Shown: piece after piece, positions 9,697 to 20,926 of the stretch | Numbering within the stretch: the stretch's first letter is position 1 | How the letters are laid out: each line of letters begins with the position of its first letter | Assembly (NCBI GenBank): GCA_031553235.1 | Contig: JAVBLS010000002.1 | Location: forward strand, 34,375-98,374 | DNA length: 64,000 nucleotides | Direction: 5' to 3' | Origin: Desulfovibrio sp. | GTDB taxonomy: Bacteria; Desulfobacterota; Desulfovibrionia; Desulfovibrionales; Desulfovibrionaceae | Program-made: the position numbers and the translations under genes | The notes under the pieces: model-generated | The model's database searches: none | Seen by the model: only the letters and a program-made list of their open reading frames with translations | Told to the model about the DNA's origin: nothing

Positions 9697-10162
9697 GGGG
9701 ACCGCCTTCGGCCGGCAGCAGCCCGGCCCGGTTGAGGGCGAAGAAGAGTAATATGCCCGCGGCCGTGGACAGGTTCAGGCTACGGATCTTGTCATTTACG
9801 GGAATGCGTACCAGGTGCGGCACTTGGGTCAAAACATCTTCGGGCAGACCCCGGGTTTCCGGTCCCAGGAGCAGGGAATCATTTGGCTCGAAATCGAACA
9901 ACTGCACGGCCGTGCCGCGCCGGCTGCTGCTGCCCACCAGCCTGCGGCCGGCGCCGGGCCCGGCCAGGTAGACGGACAGATTTTTCCAGACAGAGAGGCG
10001 CACCTTGGGCCAATAGTCCAAACCCGCCCGTTTCAGATAACGGTCTTCAAGGCTGAAGCCCAAAGGTTCGATCAGGTGCAGTTCGGTGTCGGTGCCGGCA
10101 CAGAGCCGGGCCACGTTGCCGGTATTGGGCGGAATCTCGGGCTGATAGAGAACGATATGCAT
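9686..10162 (-). CDS. trmL: tRNA (cytidine/uridine-2'-O)-methyltransferase TrmL (SpoU family)
   Basis: MHIVLYQPEIPPNTGNVARLC is a TrmL/YibK signature; length 158 aa. Confidence 0.8.
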   Translation of the reverse strand: MHIVLYQPEIPPNTGNVARLCAGTDTELHLIEPLGFSLEDRYLKRAGLDYWPKVRLSVWKNLSVYLAGPGAGRRLVGSSSRRGTAVQLFDFEPNDSLLLGPETRGLPEDVLTQVPHLVRIPVNDKIRSLNLSTAAGILLFFALNRAGLLPAEGGPHAL

Positions 10163-10176
10163 GGGTGTGGGCCGAC

Positions 10177-10998
10177 TCAGGCCGACGAGGCGGCCTCGGT
10201 GCCGCCCTCAATCCAGGCAAAAGCGTTGTGGGCGTGGATGGACTCGAAGCTTTCCACCTCCACCCGATACCAGGCCACCCTGGGGTGGCGGGCCAGTTTT
10301 TCGGCCACGGCCCGGACCACATCCTCGACAAAGCGTGGCGCGGCAAAGGCGCTTTCGGTCACCGCCTTTTCGTCCGGCCGCTTGAGCACCGGATGCAGGG
10401 GCGAAGAACCGGCCGCCTCGGCCATTTCAATAAACTCCTCCAGCCAGCAAAAGCCGTTCAGGCGCAAGCGGATGCGCACCTCGGCCCGCTGGCTGTGCGC
10501 CCCCTCGTCGCTGATGGCTTTGGAGCAGGGGCAGACGGTCATGACCGGCACGTCCACCTCCAGGGAAAACGCCGGCTTCTCGCTTGCCAGTTCGCCGATC
10601 ACGGTGCACTCATAGCCCTGCACCCCGCCGGCTCCGGAAACCGGGGCGTGGCGGCGCAGAAAATAGGGGAAGCGAAAGACGGCCTGGGCCTTTTGGGCCT
10701 GCAGCCGGGCCTTGAGATCTTCGAGCAAGCGCTTGACGCTCATGTAGCCGAGTTCTTCGTTCCAGTTTTCCAGGGACTCCACAAAACGGCTCATGTGGGT
10801 GCCCTTGTACTCGGCGGGCAGATCCACTCCCAGCTCCACCCGGGCCACGGTGTGCTGCACCCCGTGCTTGCGGTCGCCCAGCTTCAAGGGCACCAGCAGG
10901 TTGCGCACTCCCACCCGGTCGATGGGCAGCGAAACGTCGGCGGCATGATTTTGTACGTCTTCCATGTCATCCTTTAGAGCATTTTCAATGTTCATCAC
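10177..10998 (-). CDS. folE2: GTP cyclohydrolase FolE2 (type IB)
   Basis: Motifs GTHMSRF and CPCS are typical of FolE2/MptA; length ~270 aa. Confidence 0.8.
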   Translation of the reverse strand: MMNIENALKDDMEDVQNHAADVSLPIDRVGVRNLLVPLKLGDRKHGVQHTVARVELGVDLPAEYKGTHMSRFVESLENWNEELGYMSVKRLLEDLKARLQAQKAQAVFRFPYFLRRHAPVSGAGGVQGYECTVIGELASEKPAFSLEVDVPVMTVCPCSKAISDEGAHSQRAEVRIRLRLNGFCWLEEFIEMAEAAGSSPLHPVLKRPDEKAVTESAFAAPRFVEDVVRAVAEKLARHPRVAWYRVEVESFESIHAHNAFAWIEGGTEAASSA

Positions 10999-10999
10999 T

Positions 11000-11419
11000 C
11001 TAACATAAAGTCCGGCCGTCGTCGGCCCGGGAAAAACTACCGAAGACCACGCCCTTGACCGCGATCAGTCGCTCGGCCAGGCTGCGGATCTCCTCGCCCG
11101 ACCCCTTGAGCACCAGCACTTCCAGACAGTTGTGGTGATCCAGGTGCACGTGCAGGGTGGCCACGATCAGATGATGGGCGTCGTGCTGGATGGACATGAG
11201 CTTTTTGGCCAGATCGCTCTTGTGGTGGTCATAGATCAGGGTCAGGGTACCCGCGCCTGCGCCCTCCTCGCTTTCCCAGCGCCGGGCCACCAGAGCCGAG
11301 CGGATCAGATCCCGAATGGCCTCGGAACGGTTGGGATAGTCGCGCTCGGAGCACAATGAGTCAAAGCGCTCCAGAAGGTCCGAATCCAAGGATACGCCGA
11401 AACGGATGGTCTCGCCCAT
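11000..11419 (-). CDS. nikR: nickel-responsive transcriptional regulator NikR
   Basis: Ribbon-helix-helix N-terminus ([15 protein letters not shown]) plus a C-terminal metal-binding ACT-like domain with His/Cys cluster ([12 protein letters not shown]). Start trimmed to MGETIRF. Ends 1 bp before folE2. Confidence 0.8.
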   Translation of the reverse strand: MGETIRFGVSLDSDLLERFDSLCSERDYPNRSEAIRDLIRSALVARRWESEEGAGAGTLTLIYDHHKSDLAKKLMSIQHDAHHLIVATLHVHLDHHNCLEVLVLKGSGEEIRSLAERLIAVKGVVFGSFSRADDGRTLC

Positions 11420-11476
11420 ACAGCCTTCCTCCACAGATACGCCCGCTCGCGCGGGTCAAGCCCGACAGCAATGAAC

Positions 11477-12166
11477 TCAATCGGCGGCGCGCGCCAGTTC
11501 CCAGAGGTTCACCCGGATATTCGAGGGCTGCATATGCAACGGTTCCACCTCGGTAAGCAAGATGCGCCGCGAGCTCCAGCCCCCGGCTTCGGCCGCCTGT
11601 TGAAAGGCATCATACACGCCCCTGGCCGGCTCCGCCACCCAGGCCCGGCCGCCCGGGGCCAGGGTGTGCTCCAGAAAGTCGAACACCGGGCCGACAAAGC
11701 GCTTTTCATACATGATGTCCCCGCCCCAGATGTGCAGGCAGGAACGCGGCGCTATGGCGGGCAGGCGCCAATCCATGACCAGCCAGCATGGCTGGGCCAC
11801 CTCGTTGACAAGGGCGTTTTGCCTGGCGTAGGAAAGGGCCGCCGGCTCGTAATCCATGCCGATGACCCTGGCCCCCAGCCAGGAAGCCACCAAGGCGGTG
11901 AGGCCCAGGCCACAGCCGAGATCCAGACAGACGCCCCGGCAAATGTTTTCCCGCTCGCGCAGCAGATGCTCGGCCAGAGCCAGACTGGCAGGCCAGAGTT
12001 CCACCCAATAGGGCAGTCGTTCGTCCTCGGTGAAAGCCTCATCGGTCATGGACTCCCACAAGGATTCCAAATCCGTGGGGCGAATGAGCCGCCAGCTTCG
12101 GCCGCAGGCTTCTACTTCGATCAGGCCGGGACTGACCCGGTCCGCGGGGGTGGAAGACATAACCAT
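11477..12166 (-). CDS. class I SAM-dependent methyltransferase (Methyltransf_16-like)
   Basis: SAM-binding motif VCLDLGCGLGLTALVASWLGARVIGMDYEP; length ~229 aa. Confidence 0.55.
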   Translation of the reverse strand: MVMSSTPADRVSPGLIEVEACGRSWRLIRPTDLESLWESMTDEAFTEDERLPYWVELWPASLALAEHLLRERENICRGVCLDLGCGLGLTALVASWLGARVIGMDYEPAALSYARQNALVNEVAQPCWLVMDWRLPAIAPRSCLHIWGGDIMYEKRFVGPVFDFLEHTLAPGGRAWVAEPARGVYDAFQQAAEAGGWSSRRILLTEVEPLHMQPSNIRVNLWELARAAD

Positions 12167-12217
12167 CCTTTGCTCAATAATGCGGGGGCGGAATATTTAC
12201 CCCACCTGGGAAAGAAA

Positions 12218-12796
12218 GTGAAGAACCAGTCCAGTATCAAACAATTCCGGGCTCTTGCCGGCATCGCCTTCATGGCCGCGCTCATCGCCGCCGGCTCCTG
12301 GTTCCATATGCCTGTCGGCCCGGTGCCGATCACCTTTCAGGAAGTTTTCATCATTCTGGCCGGTCTGGCCCTGGGCCCGCGCCAGGGCGCCCTGGCCGTG
12401 CTGCTCTTCCTCCTGGCCGGCCTGGCCGGATTGCCGGTGTTCTCGGCCGGCAAAAGCGGCCCGGCCGTATTTCTCGGCCCCACGGGCGGCTACCTGCCCG
12501 GCTTTGTGGTCCTGGCCGTATGCGCCGGCCTGGGCGGAAGCTTCGCCCTCAAAGACCTGCCCGAAGGCGCCGAACTGCCCTGGATCCGTCTCTGGGCGCC
12601 CCTGCTTGGCTGCTGCGCGGGCATGTCGGCGATCTACGGCCTGGGCGCGTTGCGCCTTGCCCAGGTGCTGGGCGTGGACCTGGGAAAAGCTCTGGCCGTG
12701 GGGGTTGTCCCCTTCCTGCCTCTGATTCCGCTCAAGCTGGTGCTTGCCGTTCTGCTCTGGCGGGCTTTGCGCCGTCGCGGGTTGACCGCCCGATGA
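12218..12796 (+). CDS. bioY: biotin transporter BioY (ECF S-component)
   Basis: BioY-like membrane protein (FMAALIAAGSWFHMPVGPVPITFQEVFIILAGLALGP...). Start placed at in-frame GTG 12218 after a GGGAAAGAAA SD. The upstream part of ORF 11471..12796 is antisense to the MTase and was discarded. Confidence 0.75.
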   Translation: MKNQSSIKQFRALAGIAFMAALIAAGSWFHMPVGPVPITFQEVFIILAGLALGPRQGALAVLLFLLAGLAGLPVFSAGKSGPAVFLGPTGGYLPGFVVLAVCAGLGGSFALKDLPEGAELPWIRLWAPLLGCCAGMSAIYGLGALRLAQVLGVDLGKALAVGVVPFLPLIPLKLVLAVLLWRALRRRGLTAR

Positions 12797-13521
12797 GCCT
12801 GCCGCTGCTGGCGGAAAATCTTGGTTTTGCCCATCCGCGCGCCGCCCGGCCGGCCTTTGCCGGGGTGTCCTTTGACCTGCGCCCCGGGGAGTTGCTGCTG
12901 CTTTGCGGCCGCAACGGAGCCGGCAAATCCAGCCTGTTGGAAGTCCTGGCCGGACTGCATGAGGACCGTACCGGCAGGCTTGAGCTTTTTGGCCGGGAGA
13001 TTCCCGAAAAAGAAATTCCGCCCCGCGAGATCCGCCGGAAAATCGCCCTGTTGCTGCAGAATGCCGATATGCAGATTTTCGGCGACAGCGTGGGCGAGGA
13101 TCTGACCCTGGGCCTTTCCGCCGAAGAAGCCCGCGCCGCCCCGTTCCTGGCCGCCCGCCTGGGCCTGCCCGGACCGGACACCCGTATCCAGGAACTCTCT
13201 TACGGGCAGAAGCGCAAACTCTGCCTGGCCGCGGCTCTGCTGCGCCGGCCGGAGATTCTGCTTCTGGACGAGCCTCAGGCAGGCCTGGATTATCCGGCGG
13301 TCAAGGAATTCGCCGGCCTGCTTCAGGATTTGCTGCAGGCCGGCACAGGCGTGATCCTCTCCACCCACGATCCCGAGCCCTTCCTGCCCCTGACCGAAAA
13401 CCTGCTCCTGCTCCGGCCCGACGGGCCGCCGGCCTACGTGGCCAAAAACGAACTCGGAGCCCTGGCCGAGGCCTTCGGCATCCGCCCGTCCGTTCCAACG
13501 CCGCATGGCGGAGAAAGATGA
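12793..13521 (+). CDS. ABC/ECF-type ATP-binding protein (BioM/CbiO-like)
   Basis: Walker A GRNGAGKSS, signature LSYGQKRKL, Walker B LLLDEPQAGLD. Start ATG overlaps the bioY stop (ATGA). Confidence 0.7.
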   Translation: MSLPLLAENLGFAHPRAARPAFAGVSFDLRPGELLLLCGRNGAGKSSLLEVLAGLHEDRTGRLELFGREIPEKEIPPREIRRKIALLLQNADMQIFGDSVGEDLTLGLSAEEARAAPFLAARLGLPGPDTRIQELSYGQKRKLCLAAALLRRPEILLLDEPQAGLDYPAVKEFAGLLQDLLQAGTGVILSTHDPEPFLPLTENLLLLRPDGPPAYVAKNELGALAEAFGIRPSVPTPHGGER

Positions 13522-13814
13522 TTTTGCCCTGCCGTCCCACGCATCCCCAGGTGTAGCCACCCCTCGGCGCCCATCAGGGCGAGCGCATCTAATTTCCTTT
13601 ACTACTGCTGCTTTTCCGCCACGGCAGCCGCTAAAAAAGTTTGCTGAATGCGGTGCTGCGAAAAGCCGCATTATTGCGGCGCAACGGAATTAAGATGCGC
13701 TCGCCCTGCGGCGCCCATCCTGCTGCTGGACTCCTACCCCGACCTGTGCGACAATCAAAAAAGGTACGGCGCCAAGCGCCTTTCGCATCACCCTTCCGCC
13801 TTCCGAGGTATCCC

Positions 13815-14762
13815 ATGTCCTTGTGGCCACACAAAGATCTCCTGGACGTCGCCGATTTAACCCCCGCAGAAATCACCCACCTGCTCGACACCGCCGAAGA
13901 ATTCCAAGAAATCAATACCCGACCGGTAAAAAAAGTCCCCACGTTGCGAGGGAAGGGTGTGATCCTGTTTTTCGCGGAAAACAGCACCCGAACCAAAACC
14001 TCCTTTGATGTGGCCGGCAAGAGATTGTCGGCCGATACTTTTTCTTTGGCCAAGTCCGGCAGCAGCATCTCCAAAGGCGAGACCCTCAAGGACACGGCCC
14101 TGACCCTGCAGGCCATGAGTCCGGACATCATCGTCATTCGCCATTCCTCCAGCGGCGCGGCCGCCTTCCTGGCCGATCGGCTGTCCTGCTCGGTGGTCAA
14201 CGCGGGCGACGGCCGGCACGCCCACCCCACCCAGGCGTTGCTCGACGCCTACTCCCTGCGCCGGCACTGGGGCGGCTCTCTCACCGGCAAAACCGTGCTC
14301 ATCGCGGGCGACACCGCCCACAGCCGGGTGGCCCGCTCCAATGTGCATCTACTTTCCAAAATGGGCGCGAACGTGCGCCTGTTCTCGCCCCGCACCCTGC
14401 TGCCCGTGGGCGTGCACACCTGGCCGGCCGAGGTTTTCACCGACCTGGACAAGGCCGTGCAGGGGGTGAACGCGATCATGTGCCTGCGCCTGCAGTTGGA
14501 GCGCCAGCACGCCGGGCTGTTGCCGGACCTTTCGGAATATGCCGCGCGCTTCTGCCTGACCCGCCGGCATCTGGAAAAGGCCGCGCCGGGAGCGCCGGTG
14601 CTGCACCCCGGCCCGATCAACCGGGGACTGGAAATTTCTTCCGAACTGGCCGATTCGGCCGAAAGCCTGATTCTCAATCAGGTGGCGGCCGGCGTGGCCG
14701 TTCGCATGGCCGTGCTCTTCACCCTGGGAACCCGCAACGAGGACACCGCATATGACGCCTGA
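13815..14762 (+). CDS. pyrB: aspartate carbamoyltransferase catalytic subunit
   Basis: Motifs [20 protein letters not shown] and [15 protein letters not shown] 5 nt upstream of ATG 13815. Confidence 0.9.
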   Translation: MSLWPHKDLLDVADLTPAEITHLLDTAEEFQEINTRPVKKVPTLRGKGVILFFAENSTRTKTSFDVAGKRLSADTFSLAKSGSSISKGETLKDTALTLQAMSPDIIVIRHSSSGAAAFLADRLSCSVVNAGDGRHAHPTQALLDAYSLRRHWGGSLTGKTVLIAGDTAHSRVARSNVHLLSKMGANVRLFSPRTLLPVGVHTWPAEVFTDLDKAVQGVNAIMCLRLQLERQHAGLLPDLSEYAARFCLTRRHLEKAAPGAPVLHPGPINRGLEISSELADSAESLILNQVAAGVAVRMAVLFTLGTRNEDTAYDA

Positions 14763-16032
14763 TTATCCCGCTCCTTTTGTGCTGTTGGGCGCGGGCCTGT
14801 TCGGCACGCCCCACGATGTGTTTATCAAAGAAGGCCGCATTGCCGGCCTGCGCCCCTCGGGTTTTCCGGATCTGCCCGCCGATGTCGAGCGTGTGGACGC
14901 CGCGGGGCTGCTGCTCTTCCCTTCTTTCATCGATGCCCACGTGCACCTGCGCGAGCCCGGCTTTGAATACAAAGAAGACATTGCTTCCGGCCTGACGGCC
15001 GCCGGCCACGGCGGTTTCGGCGCGGTCATGTGCATGGCCAATACCGACCCGGTGAACGATTCGGCGGCCATTACCCGCTTCATGCTCGAACGGGCCAAAG
15101 CGGCCCGCCCGCACGGCCCGTGGCTGTACCCGGTGGGCGCTCTGACCGTGAAGCTTGAAGGCAAGGAACTGGCCCCCATGGGCGAGCTGGCCGAAGCCGG
15201 TTGCGCGGCCTTTTCCAACGACGGCAAGCCGATGATGAATTCGGAGATCTTCCGCCGGGCCGTGGAATACGCCGCCCAGTGGGGCAAGGTGGTCATCGAC
15301 CACTGCGAAGACGCCCATCTGGCCGCCGGCACCCACATGAACGAAGGCACGGTCAGCGGCCGCATCGGCGTGTCGGGCCAGCCCACCGTGGCCGAAGCCG
15401 TGCACGTGGCCCGAGATATCCTGCTGGCGGAATACCTGGGCCTGCCCATCCACCTGGCCCACATCAGTTGCCGGCAGTCCGTGGAGTTGATCCGCTTCGC
15501 CAAAGCCCGCGGCATTCCGGTGACGGCCGAAACCTGCCCGCACTACCTGCACCTGGACGACTCCGCCCTGGAACATTACGATACCGCCGCCAAGGTCAAC
15601 CCGCCCCTGCGCACGCCCGAGGACGTGGCCGCCCTGCGCCGGGCCGTGGCCGACGGGGTGTTCGATATTTTCGTCACCGACCATGCCCCGCACGCGGCCC
15701 ACGAAAAAGAGGAGCCTCTGGACGAGGCTCCCAACGGGATGATCGGTCTGGAAACAGCCGTGTCCCTGACCTGGGATCTCGTGAGCAAAGGCGAAATGTC
15801 CTCCAAAAACTTTGCGGCCATGTGGAGCGGGAACCCGGCCCGGATATTTGGCCTGCCCGGCTTTGAGCCGGTCGAGGGCGCCCCGGCCGACTTCTTTCTC
15901 TTCGACCCGGCCGCCGAATGGGTGCCGAATCGCGAAACCCTGCATTCCAAGAGCCTGAACACCCCCTGCCTGGGCAAGCCCATGAAGGGCCGGGTGGTGT
16001 GGCACTGGCTTGGCGGCATTCCAATCATTTAG
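14752..16032 (+). CDS. pyrC: dihydroorotase
   Basis: Metal-binding motif [12 protein letters not shown] and the amidohydrolase fold. Overlaps the pyrB stop. Confidence 0.85.
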   Translation: MTPDYPAPFVLLGAGLFGTPHDVFIKEGRIAGLRPSGFPDLPADVERVDAAGLLLFPSFIDAHVHLREPGFEYKEDIASGLTAAGHGGFGAVMCMANTDPVNDSAAITRFMLERAKAARPHGPWLYPVGALTVKLEGKELAPMGELAEAGCAAFSNDGKPMMNSEIFRRAVEYAAQWGKVVIDHCEDAHLAAGTHMNEGTVSGRIGVSGQPTVAEAVHVARDILLAEYLGLPIHLAHISCRQSVELIRFAKARGIPVTAETCPHYLHLDDSALEHYDTAAKVNPPLRTPEDVAALRRAVADGVFDIFVTDHAPHAAHEKEEPLDEAPNGMIGLETAVSLTWDLVSKGEMSSKNFAAMWSGNPARIFGLPGFEPVEGAPADFFLFDPAAEWVPNRETLHSKSLNTPCLGKPMKGRVVWHWLGGIPII

Positions 16033-16218
16033 GGATGCCGTCACGATGATCTTTTTGCCCTCTGCCTGCGTCAAAAATACTTTTTATTCCAGTCGAGTAC
16101 CAGAAGAGTACACTTCTTCCATAAAAAACATTTTTTCCTTGGCAGAGAACAAAAATCCTCCCCGTGACGACAGCCCCCCAAATGGGTTAAGCTTTTTCAA
16201 AGCCCATAGGAGTGCCCC

Positions 16219-16824
16219 ATGCAGACGGGAACAAGCCTCTCTCTCTTGTCGGCCCTGGTCTTGGCCGTCGTCTTTCTGTTCGTCACCCCGGCTCCGGCCG
16301 CGCAGACAGGCGAACGCGTCACCCTGCCTGCGCCGGGCAAAGACGGCGGCAAGCCCCTGATGCAGGCTCTGGCCCTGCGCAAAAGCACGCGCTCGTTCGG
16401 CGACGCGCCCTTGTCGCAGCAGGAACTGAGCAACCTGCTCTGGGCAACTTGGGGCGTGAACCGCCCGGACGGCCGGCGCACCGCGCCCACGGCCAGAAAC
16501 CAGCAGCGAGTCGAGGTTTACGCGGCCAAGGCCGACGGCGTCTGGCGCTATGACGGGCCGGGCAACGTCCTGGAAAAGGTCTTGGACCGCGACACCCGCC
16601 AAGCTTTCGGCGGCGCGCCTCTGACCCTGGTCTACGCGGCCGAGAATAACGAGTACGGGGCTCTGCATGTGGGTTCGCTTTACCAGAACGCCGGGCTTTA
16701 CTGCGCCTCGGCCGGGCTGAACAACGTGGTCAAAGCCACGGGCGTGGACATGCTGCAAAACGACCTGCCGCTGCCCGCCGGCTACAAAATCTTCATTGTA
16801 CAGTCCATCGGCCTACCGAAGTGA
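16219..16824 (+). CDS. nitroreductase-family protein with N-terminal signal peptide
   Basis: Nitroreductase-like core (LALRKSTRSFGDAPLSQQELSNLLWATWG) preceded by a hydrophobic signal-like N-terminus (LSLLSALVLAVVFLFVTPAPAAQ). AGGAG SD. Confidence 0.55.
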   Translation: MQTGTSLSLLSALVLAVVFLFVTPAPAAQTGERVTLPAPGKDGGKPLMQALALRKSTRSFGDAPLSQQELSNLLWATWGVNRPDGRRTAPTARNQQRVEVYAAKADGVWRYDGPGNVLEKVLDRDTRQAFGGAPLTLVYAAENNEYGALHVGSLYQNAGLYCASAGLNNVVKATGVDMLQNDLPLPAGYKIFIVQSIGLPK

Positions 16825-16935
16825 CTTCAAGGGCGGGACGGTTGACAACCCGCTCCGGCCGGCAGATGATATTACATCATCCATCGCAGAACCGGGTCCG
16901 CCCCCGGCCGTGCCGGGCCGGCCCAGGAGTACCGC

Positions 16936-18276
16936 ATGTCCCAAGTCGCCTTCAAAGACGCCGTGACCATCTGCAAATCAATCATGCGCAACGGCTTTGA
17001 CGCCCATATCGTCAACACCCAACTGCAACACGAACTCATTCTCGCGGACAAGCGGCCCGAAGTGGATCTGGCCACGGACGCGCCTCCCGACGAACTGGCC
17101 AAACTTTTCCCCAACATGGCTCCCGGCGACCATCCGGGCGTCATGGGCGTATTGGCGGAAAACGGCATTTCCTACCGTTTTTACCGCATGAACATTGCCG
17201 ACTCGGCCCTGCCCGAGGTGGCCTTGACCCGGCTCACCCCCACCATGTTGCAGCGCATGTTCGCCCTGGGGCCGGTGCCGCGCTCTCTGGTCAACGGCAT
17301 GATGTCCCTGTCGCCTCCCCCGGAGCCCAAGGGGTATCCCGGTTTCGGCAACTTTGAGCAGGGGTCGGTTCGCCTGGAAGGCCTGCCGGACGAAACCCTG
17401 AAAAGCGACTACCTGCTCGGCATCCGAGCTTTGCGTTACGCGGCCAACTTCGATCTGCCCATTGAGCCGAACACCTGGATGGCGATCATCCGCAATTCCC
17501 AACGTATTCTCGACTACGTGCCCGTGCAGCATTTCATGGACGAATGGCGCAAGGTTGAAGCGGAAAACATGTGGAAATTCGTTCAGTTGCTCTTCGACAG
17601 CCAGATCATGCACGGACTGATCCCCGAAATCGCCGGCCTGGCCCGGGTGCGACAGGCCCGCAACGACGCCGGGGCCGAAGAAACCGTGCTGGCCCATACC
17701 ATCGAAACCATGCGTTTCTATCCCGAAGGCGAGTTCCACTACGATTGGCTGGGCACCTTTGCCATGCTCTTCCATGATGTGGGCAAACTATACACGGCCG
17801 AATACTTCCAAGGCCGCTGGTACTTCTACGAACACCACCGGGTGGGCGCCAAGGTGGCCCGCAAGATTTTGCGTCGACTGCACATGCTGCCCGAGGACAT
17901 CGAGTTGATCTGCGGGCTCGTCCGCAACCACATGCGTTTCCAGTTCATGATGACCGACAAGGGCATTCGCCGCTTCAAAGCCGTCGGCGAGTACGCCCGG
18001 CTCATCGCCATGTCGCGTGCCGGAATCAAGGCCAGAGACGACAACTACACGGCTTTCAACCACAACAACAAGTATCTGGCCCGGGCCGAAACTCCGGAAC
18101 AGATGCTCGAACCGCTGCTCAACGGCAACGAGATTATGGAGGCCACGGGCCTGAAACCCGGTCCGCACGTGGGCTCTTTGCGCCAGGAACTGCTCAAGGC
18201 CCAGATCGCCGGCGAAGTCGGTAACGTGGACGAAGCCCTGGCCTTTGTCCGCAACCGGGCCGTGGTCGGGATGTAA
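16936..18276 (+). CDS. HD-domain protein with degenerate Pol-beta nucleotidyltransferase head (CCA-adding-enzyme/PcnB family-like)
   Basis: HD motif LFHDVGK. The N-terminus aligns to the CCA-enzyme head, but the GGxVRD and DxD motifs are replaced (IVNTQLQ / EVDLATDAPPDEL). Confidence 0.55.
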   Translation: MSQVAFKDAVTICKSIMRNGFDAHIVNTQLQHELILADKRPEVDLATDAPPDELAKLFPNMAPGDHPGVMGVLAENGISYRFYRMNIADSALPEVALTRLTPTMLQRMFALGPVPRSLVNGMMSLSPPPEPKGYPGFGNFEQGSVRLEGLPDETLKSDYLLGIRALRYAANFDLPIEPNTWMAIIRNSQRILDYVPVQHFMDEWRKVEAENMWKFVQLLFDSQIMHGLIPEIAGLARVRQARNDAGAEETVLAHTIETMRFYPEGEFHYDWLGTFAMLFHDVGKLYTAEYFQGRWYFYEHHRVGAKVARKILRRLHMLPEDIELICGLVRNHMRFQFMMTDKGIRRFKAVGEYARLIAMSRAGIKARDDNYTAFNHNNKYLARAETPEQMLEPLLNGNEIMEATGLKPGPHVGSLRQELLKAQIAGEVGNVDEALAFVRNRAVVGM

Positions 18277-18410
18277 AACGGGTTTTGCCCGCCGGCGAAG
18301 CGCCGGCTGTGGCTGCAAGTTATGACGCCGCTCCACGGGCATCCGCCGCGCGCGGGTGTTTGCAGGGCGGCGTTTTTCCTTCCGCAGCCAAGACAATAAA
18401 GGAGTTTGCC

Positions 18411-19274
18411 GTGAACATAGGCTACATCGGTCTCGGCCTCATGGGCGGCCCCTGCGCCGCCAACCTCATGAAAGCCGGGCACTCCCTGCACATCTGGGCC
18501 AGACGGCCCGAAGCCGTCGCCGCCCTGGGCGCCAAAGGCGCCATCTTGCACGCCTCGCCCGCCGAGGTCGGCAAGGCCGTGGACATCCTGTTCACCAATG
18601 TTTCCGACACCCCGGACGTGGAACAGATTCTGCTCGGAGAAAACGGCGTGCATGCCTGCGGTAAATCCGGGCTGATCGTGGTGGATATGAGCACCATCTC
18701 GGCCACGGCCACCCGGCGCATGGGGCAAGAACTGGCCACGAAAGGCATCACCCTGGTGGACGCGCCGGTTTCCGGCGGCACCGTGGGCGCGCAAAATGCC
18801 GGCCTGACCTTCATGGTCGGGGCCGGACCCGAGGTTTTCGAGCGCATCAAGCCGGTGCTCCAGGCCATGGGCAAGACCATTACCCGCATTGGCCCCTGCG
18901 GCGCCGGCCAGGTGGCCAAGAGCTGCAACCAGATTGTCGTCACCGGCTTCATCGCCGTGGTGGCCGAGGCCCTGCGCTTTGCCCGCGAAAACGGCGTCGA
19001 CCCGGCCCCGGTGCGCGAGGCCCTGCTCGGCGGCTTTGCCGGCAGCAAGATTCTGGAAATCCACGGCAAGCGTATGATCGACGGCGACTACGCGCCGGGC
19101 TTCAAGACCGCCCTGCACGTCAAGGACATGGGCATTGTCGAGGGCATCGCCAAGGAACTGGACCTGAACCTGCCCTGTACCACCCTGTGCACCGGCTTCT
19201 TGCGCCAAACCCTGGCGGCCGGCTTTGCCGAAGAAGATTCCTCGGCCATGGCGGAGATCATTAACAATTTTTGA
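18411..19274 (+). CDS. NAD(P)-binding 3-hydroxyisobutyrate / 2-hydroxy-3-oxopropionate reductase family oxidoreductase
   Basis: Rossmann motif [17 protein letters not shown] and the 6PGDH-like C-terminal domain. GTG start with AAAGGAG SD. Confidence 0.75.
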   Translation: MNIGYIGLGLMGGPCAANLMKAGHSLHIWARRPEAVAALGAKGAILHASPAEVGKAVDILFTNVSDTPDVEQILLGENGVHACGKSGLIVVDMSTISATATRRMGQELATKGITLVDAPVSGGTVGAQNAGLTFMVGAGPEVFERIKPVLQAMGKTITRIGPCGAGQVAKSCNQIVVTGFIAVVAEALRFARENGVDPAPVREALLGGFAGSKILEIHGKRMIDGDYAPGFKTALHVKDMGIVEGIAKELDLNLPCTTLCTGFLRQTLAAGFAEEDSSAMAEIINNF

Positions 19275-19290
19275 AAGCGGGAGCCGTCTC

Positions 19291-20886
19291 ATGAGCACGC
19301 CGAGCCTGCGGGCCATTCTGGACGCCTATTACGAGCAAAAACCGGATCCGGAAAACCCGGCCCAGCGGGTGAGTTTCGGCACCTCCGGGCACCGGGGCAC
19401 CTCCTTGGCCGGGAGCTTTACCGAAGGCCATATTGCCGCCATCACCCAGGCGGTGATTGAGCACCGCAAGGCCGCCGGCATTGCCGGGCCGCTGTTCATC
19501 GGCAAAGATACCCACGCTTTGTCCGCCCCGGCCCTGAACACCGCCCTGGAGGTGCTGGCCGCCCACGGAGTGGAAACCTGCATCCAGGGCGACGAGCGGC
19601 CCACGCCCACGCCGGCCGTTTCCCGGGCCATCCTGGCCCACAATGCCGACCTTACAGCCCCACGCGCCGACGGCATTGTGGTCACGCCCTCGCACAACCC
19701 GCCCCAGGACGGCGGCTTCAAATACAACGAGCCCCACGGCGGCCCGGCCGGCGAGGCCGTGACCACGGCTGTGGAAAACCGGGCCAACGAGCTGCTTCGT
19801 TTAAGATCGGTCAAGCGACTGCCCCTGAGCAAAGCCCTCAAGGCCGACTGCATCCGGAGCATCGACTTTGTCGGGCCCTATGTCGAAGCCCTGGCCTCCG
19901 TCCTGGACATGCAGGCTGTTGCCGCCTCCGGCCTGAAGCTTGGCGTCGACCCCCTGGGCGGCTCTTCTCTGCCTTTCTGGGCGCCCATTGCCGAGCGCTA
20001 CGGCCTCAACCTGACCGTGGTCAATCCCGCGCTTGACACGCTCTTTGCCTTCATGCCGCCGGACCACGACGGCAAGATTCGCATGGACTGCTCCTCGCCC
20101 CAGGCCATGGCCGGGCTGATCAACATGGCCGGGAACTTTGACCTGGCCTTTGCCACCGACCCCGACGCCGACCGCCACGGCATTGTCACGCCCGCCGGCC
20201 TGATGAACCCCAACCACTACCTCTGCTCGGCCGTAGACTATCTTCTGCCCCACCGGCCCACCTGGCCCAAGGCCGCGGCCGTGGGCAAGACCCTGGTGAC
20301 CACGGCCCTCATGGACCGGGTCTGCGCCGTCCATAAGCGCGCCCTGTATGAAACGCCCGTGGGTTTCAAGTGGTTTGTGGACGGCCTGGCTTCCGGCTCC
20401 CTGCTTTTCGGCGGCGAGGAAAGCGCCGGGGCCTCGTTCCTGCGCTTTGACGGCGGCCCCTGGAGCACCGACAAGGACGGGCTTCTGCTCTGCCTGCTCG
20501 CGGCCGAAATGACCGCCAAGACCGGCAAAAACCCGGCCGAGAACTACGCCCGGATCACCGCGGACCTGGGCGCGCCCCTATACACTCGCAAGGACGCCCC
20601 GGCCACGCCCGAACAGAAGGCCGCCTTCAAGACCCTGACCCCTGAATCGGTCAAGCAGAAGGATCTGGCCGGCCGGCCGATCACGGCCGTGCTGACCAAG
20701 GCGCCGGGCAACAAGGCAGGCATCGGCGGCCTGAAAGTGGTCACCGAAGCCGGCTGGTTCGCGGCCCGGCCCTCCGGCACCGAAAATCTCTACAAGATTT
20801 ACGCCGAAAGCTTCGTGGATCAGGCCCACCTGGACGCGCTCCTGGCCGAAGCCCGGAAGTTGGTCACTGCGGCTTTTGAGAAATAG
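19291..20886 (+). CDS. pgm: phosphoglucomutase (alpha-D-glucose phosphate-specific)
   Basis: Active-site loop [15 protein letters not shown] and overall similarity to Pgm over ~531 aa. Confidence 0.85.
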   Translation: MSTPSLRAILDAYYEQKPDPENPAQRVSFGTSGHRGTSLAGSFTEGHIAAITQAVIEHRKAAGIAGPLFIGKDTHALSAPALNTALEVLAAHGVETCIQGDERPTPTPAVSRAILAHNADLTAPRADGIVVTPSHNPPQDGGFKYNEPHGGPAGEAVTTAVENRANELLRLRSVKRLPLSKALKADCIRSIDFVGPYVEALASVLDMQAVAASGLKLGVDPLGGSSLPFWAPIAERYGLNLTVVNPALDTLFAFMPPDHDGKIRMDCSSPQAMAGLINMAGNFDLAFATDPDADRHGIVTPAGLMNPNHYLCSAVDYLLPHRPTWPKAAAVGKTLVTTALMDRVCAVHKRALYETPVGFKWFVDGLASGSLLFGGEESAGASFLRFDGGPWSTDKDGLLLCLLAAEMTAKTGKNPAENYARITADLGAPLYTRKDAPATPEQKAAFKTLTPESVKQKDLAGRPITAVLTKAPGNKAGIGGLKVVTEAGWFAARPSGTENLYKIYAESFVDQAHLDALLAEARKLVTAAFEK

Positions 20887-20926
20887 AGCGGTCGATGCCG
20901 GTTGCCGCTCAAGAGGTGCAACAGCT

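Noticed and set aside
11471-12217. N-terminal 249 codons of ORF 11471..12796
   Set aside because: This part is antisense to the SAM-methyltransferase gene and has no BioY similarity. BioY homology begins only after GTG 12218, which has its own SD.
13560-13700. Hairpins in the pyrB leader (GCCGCAttatTGCGGC) as a PyrR or attenuator element
   Set aside because: No PyrR binding-loop consensus and no leader peptide ORF with a U-rich pause. Plain terminator-like hairpins cannot be distinguished from background.
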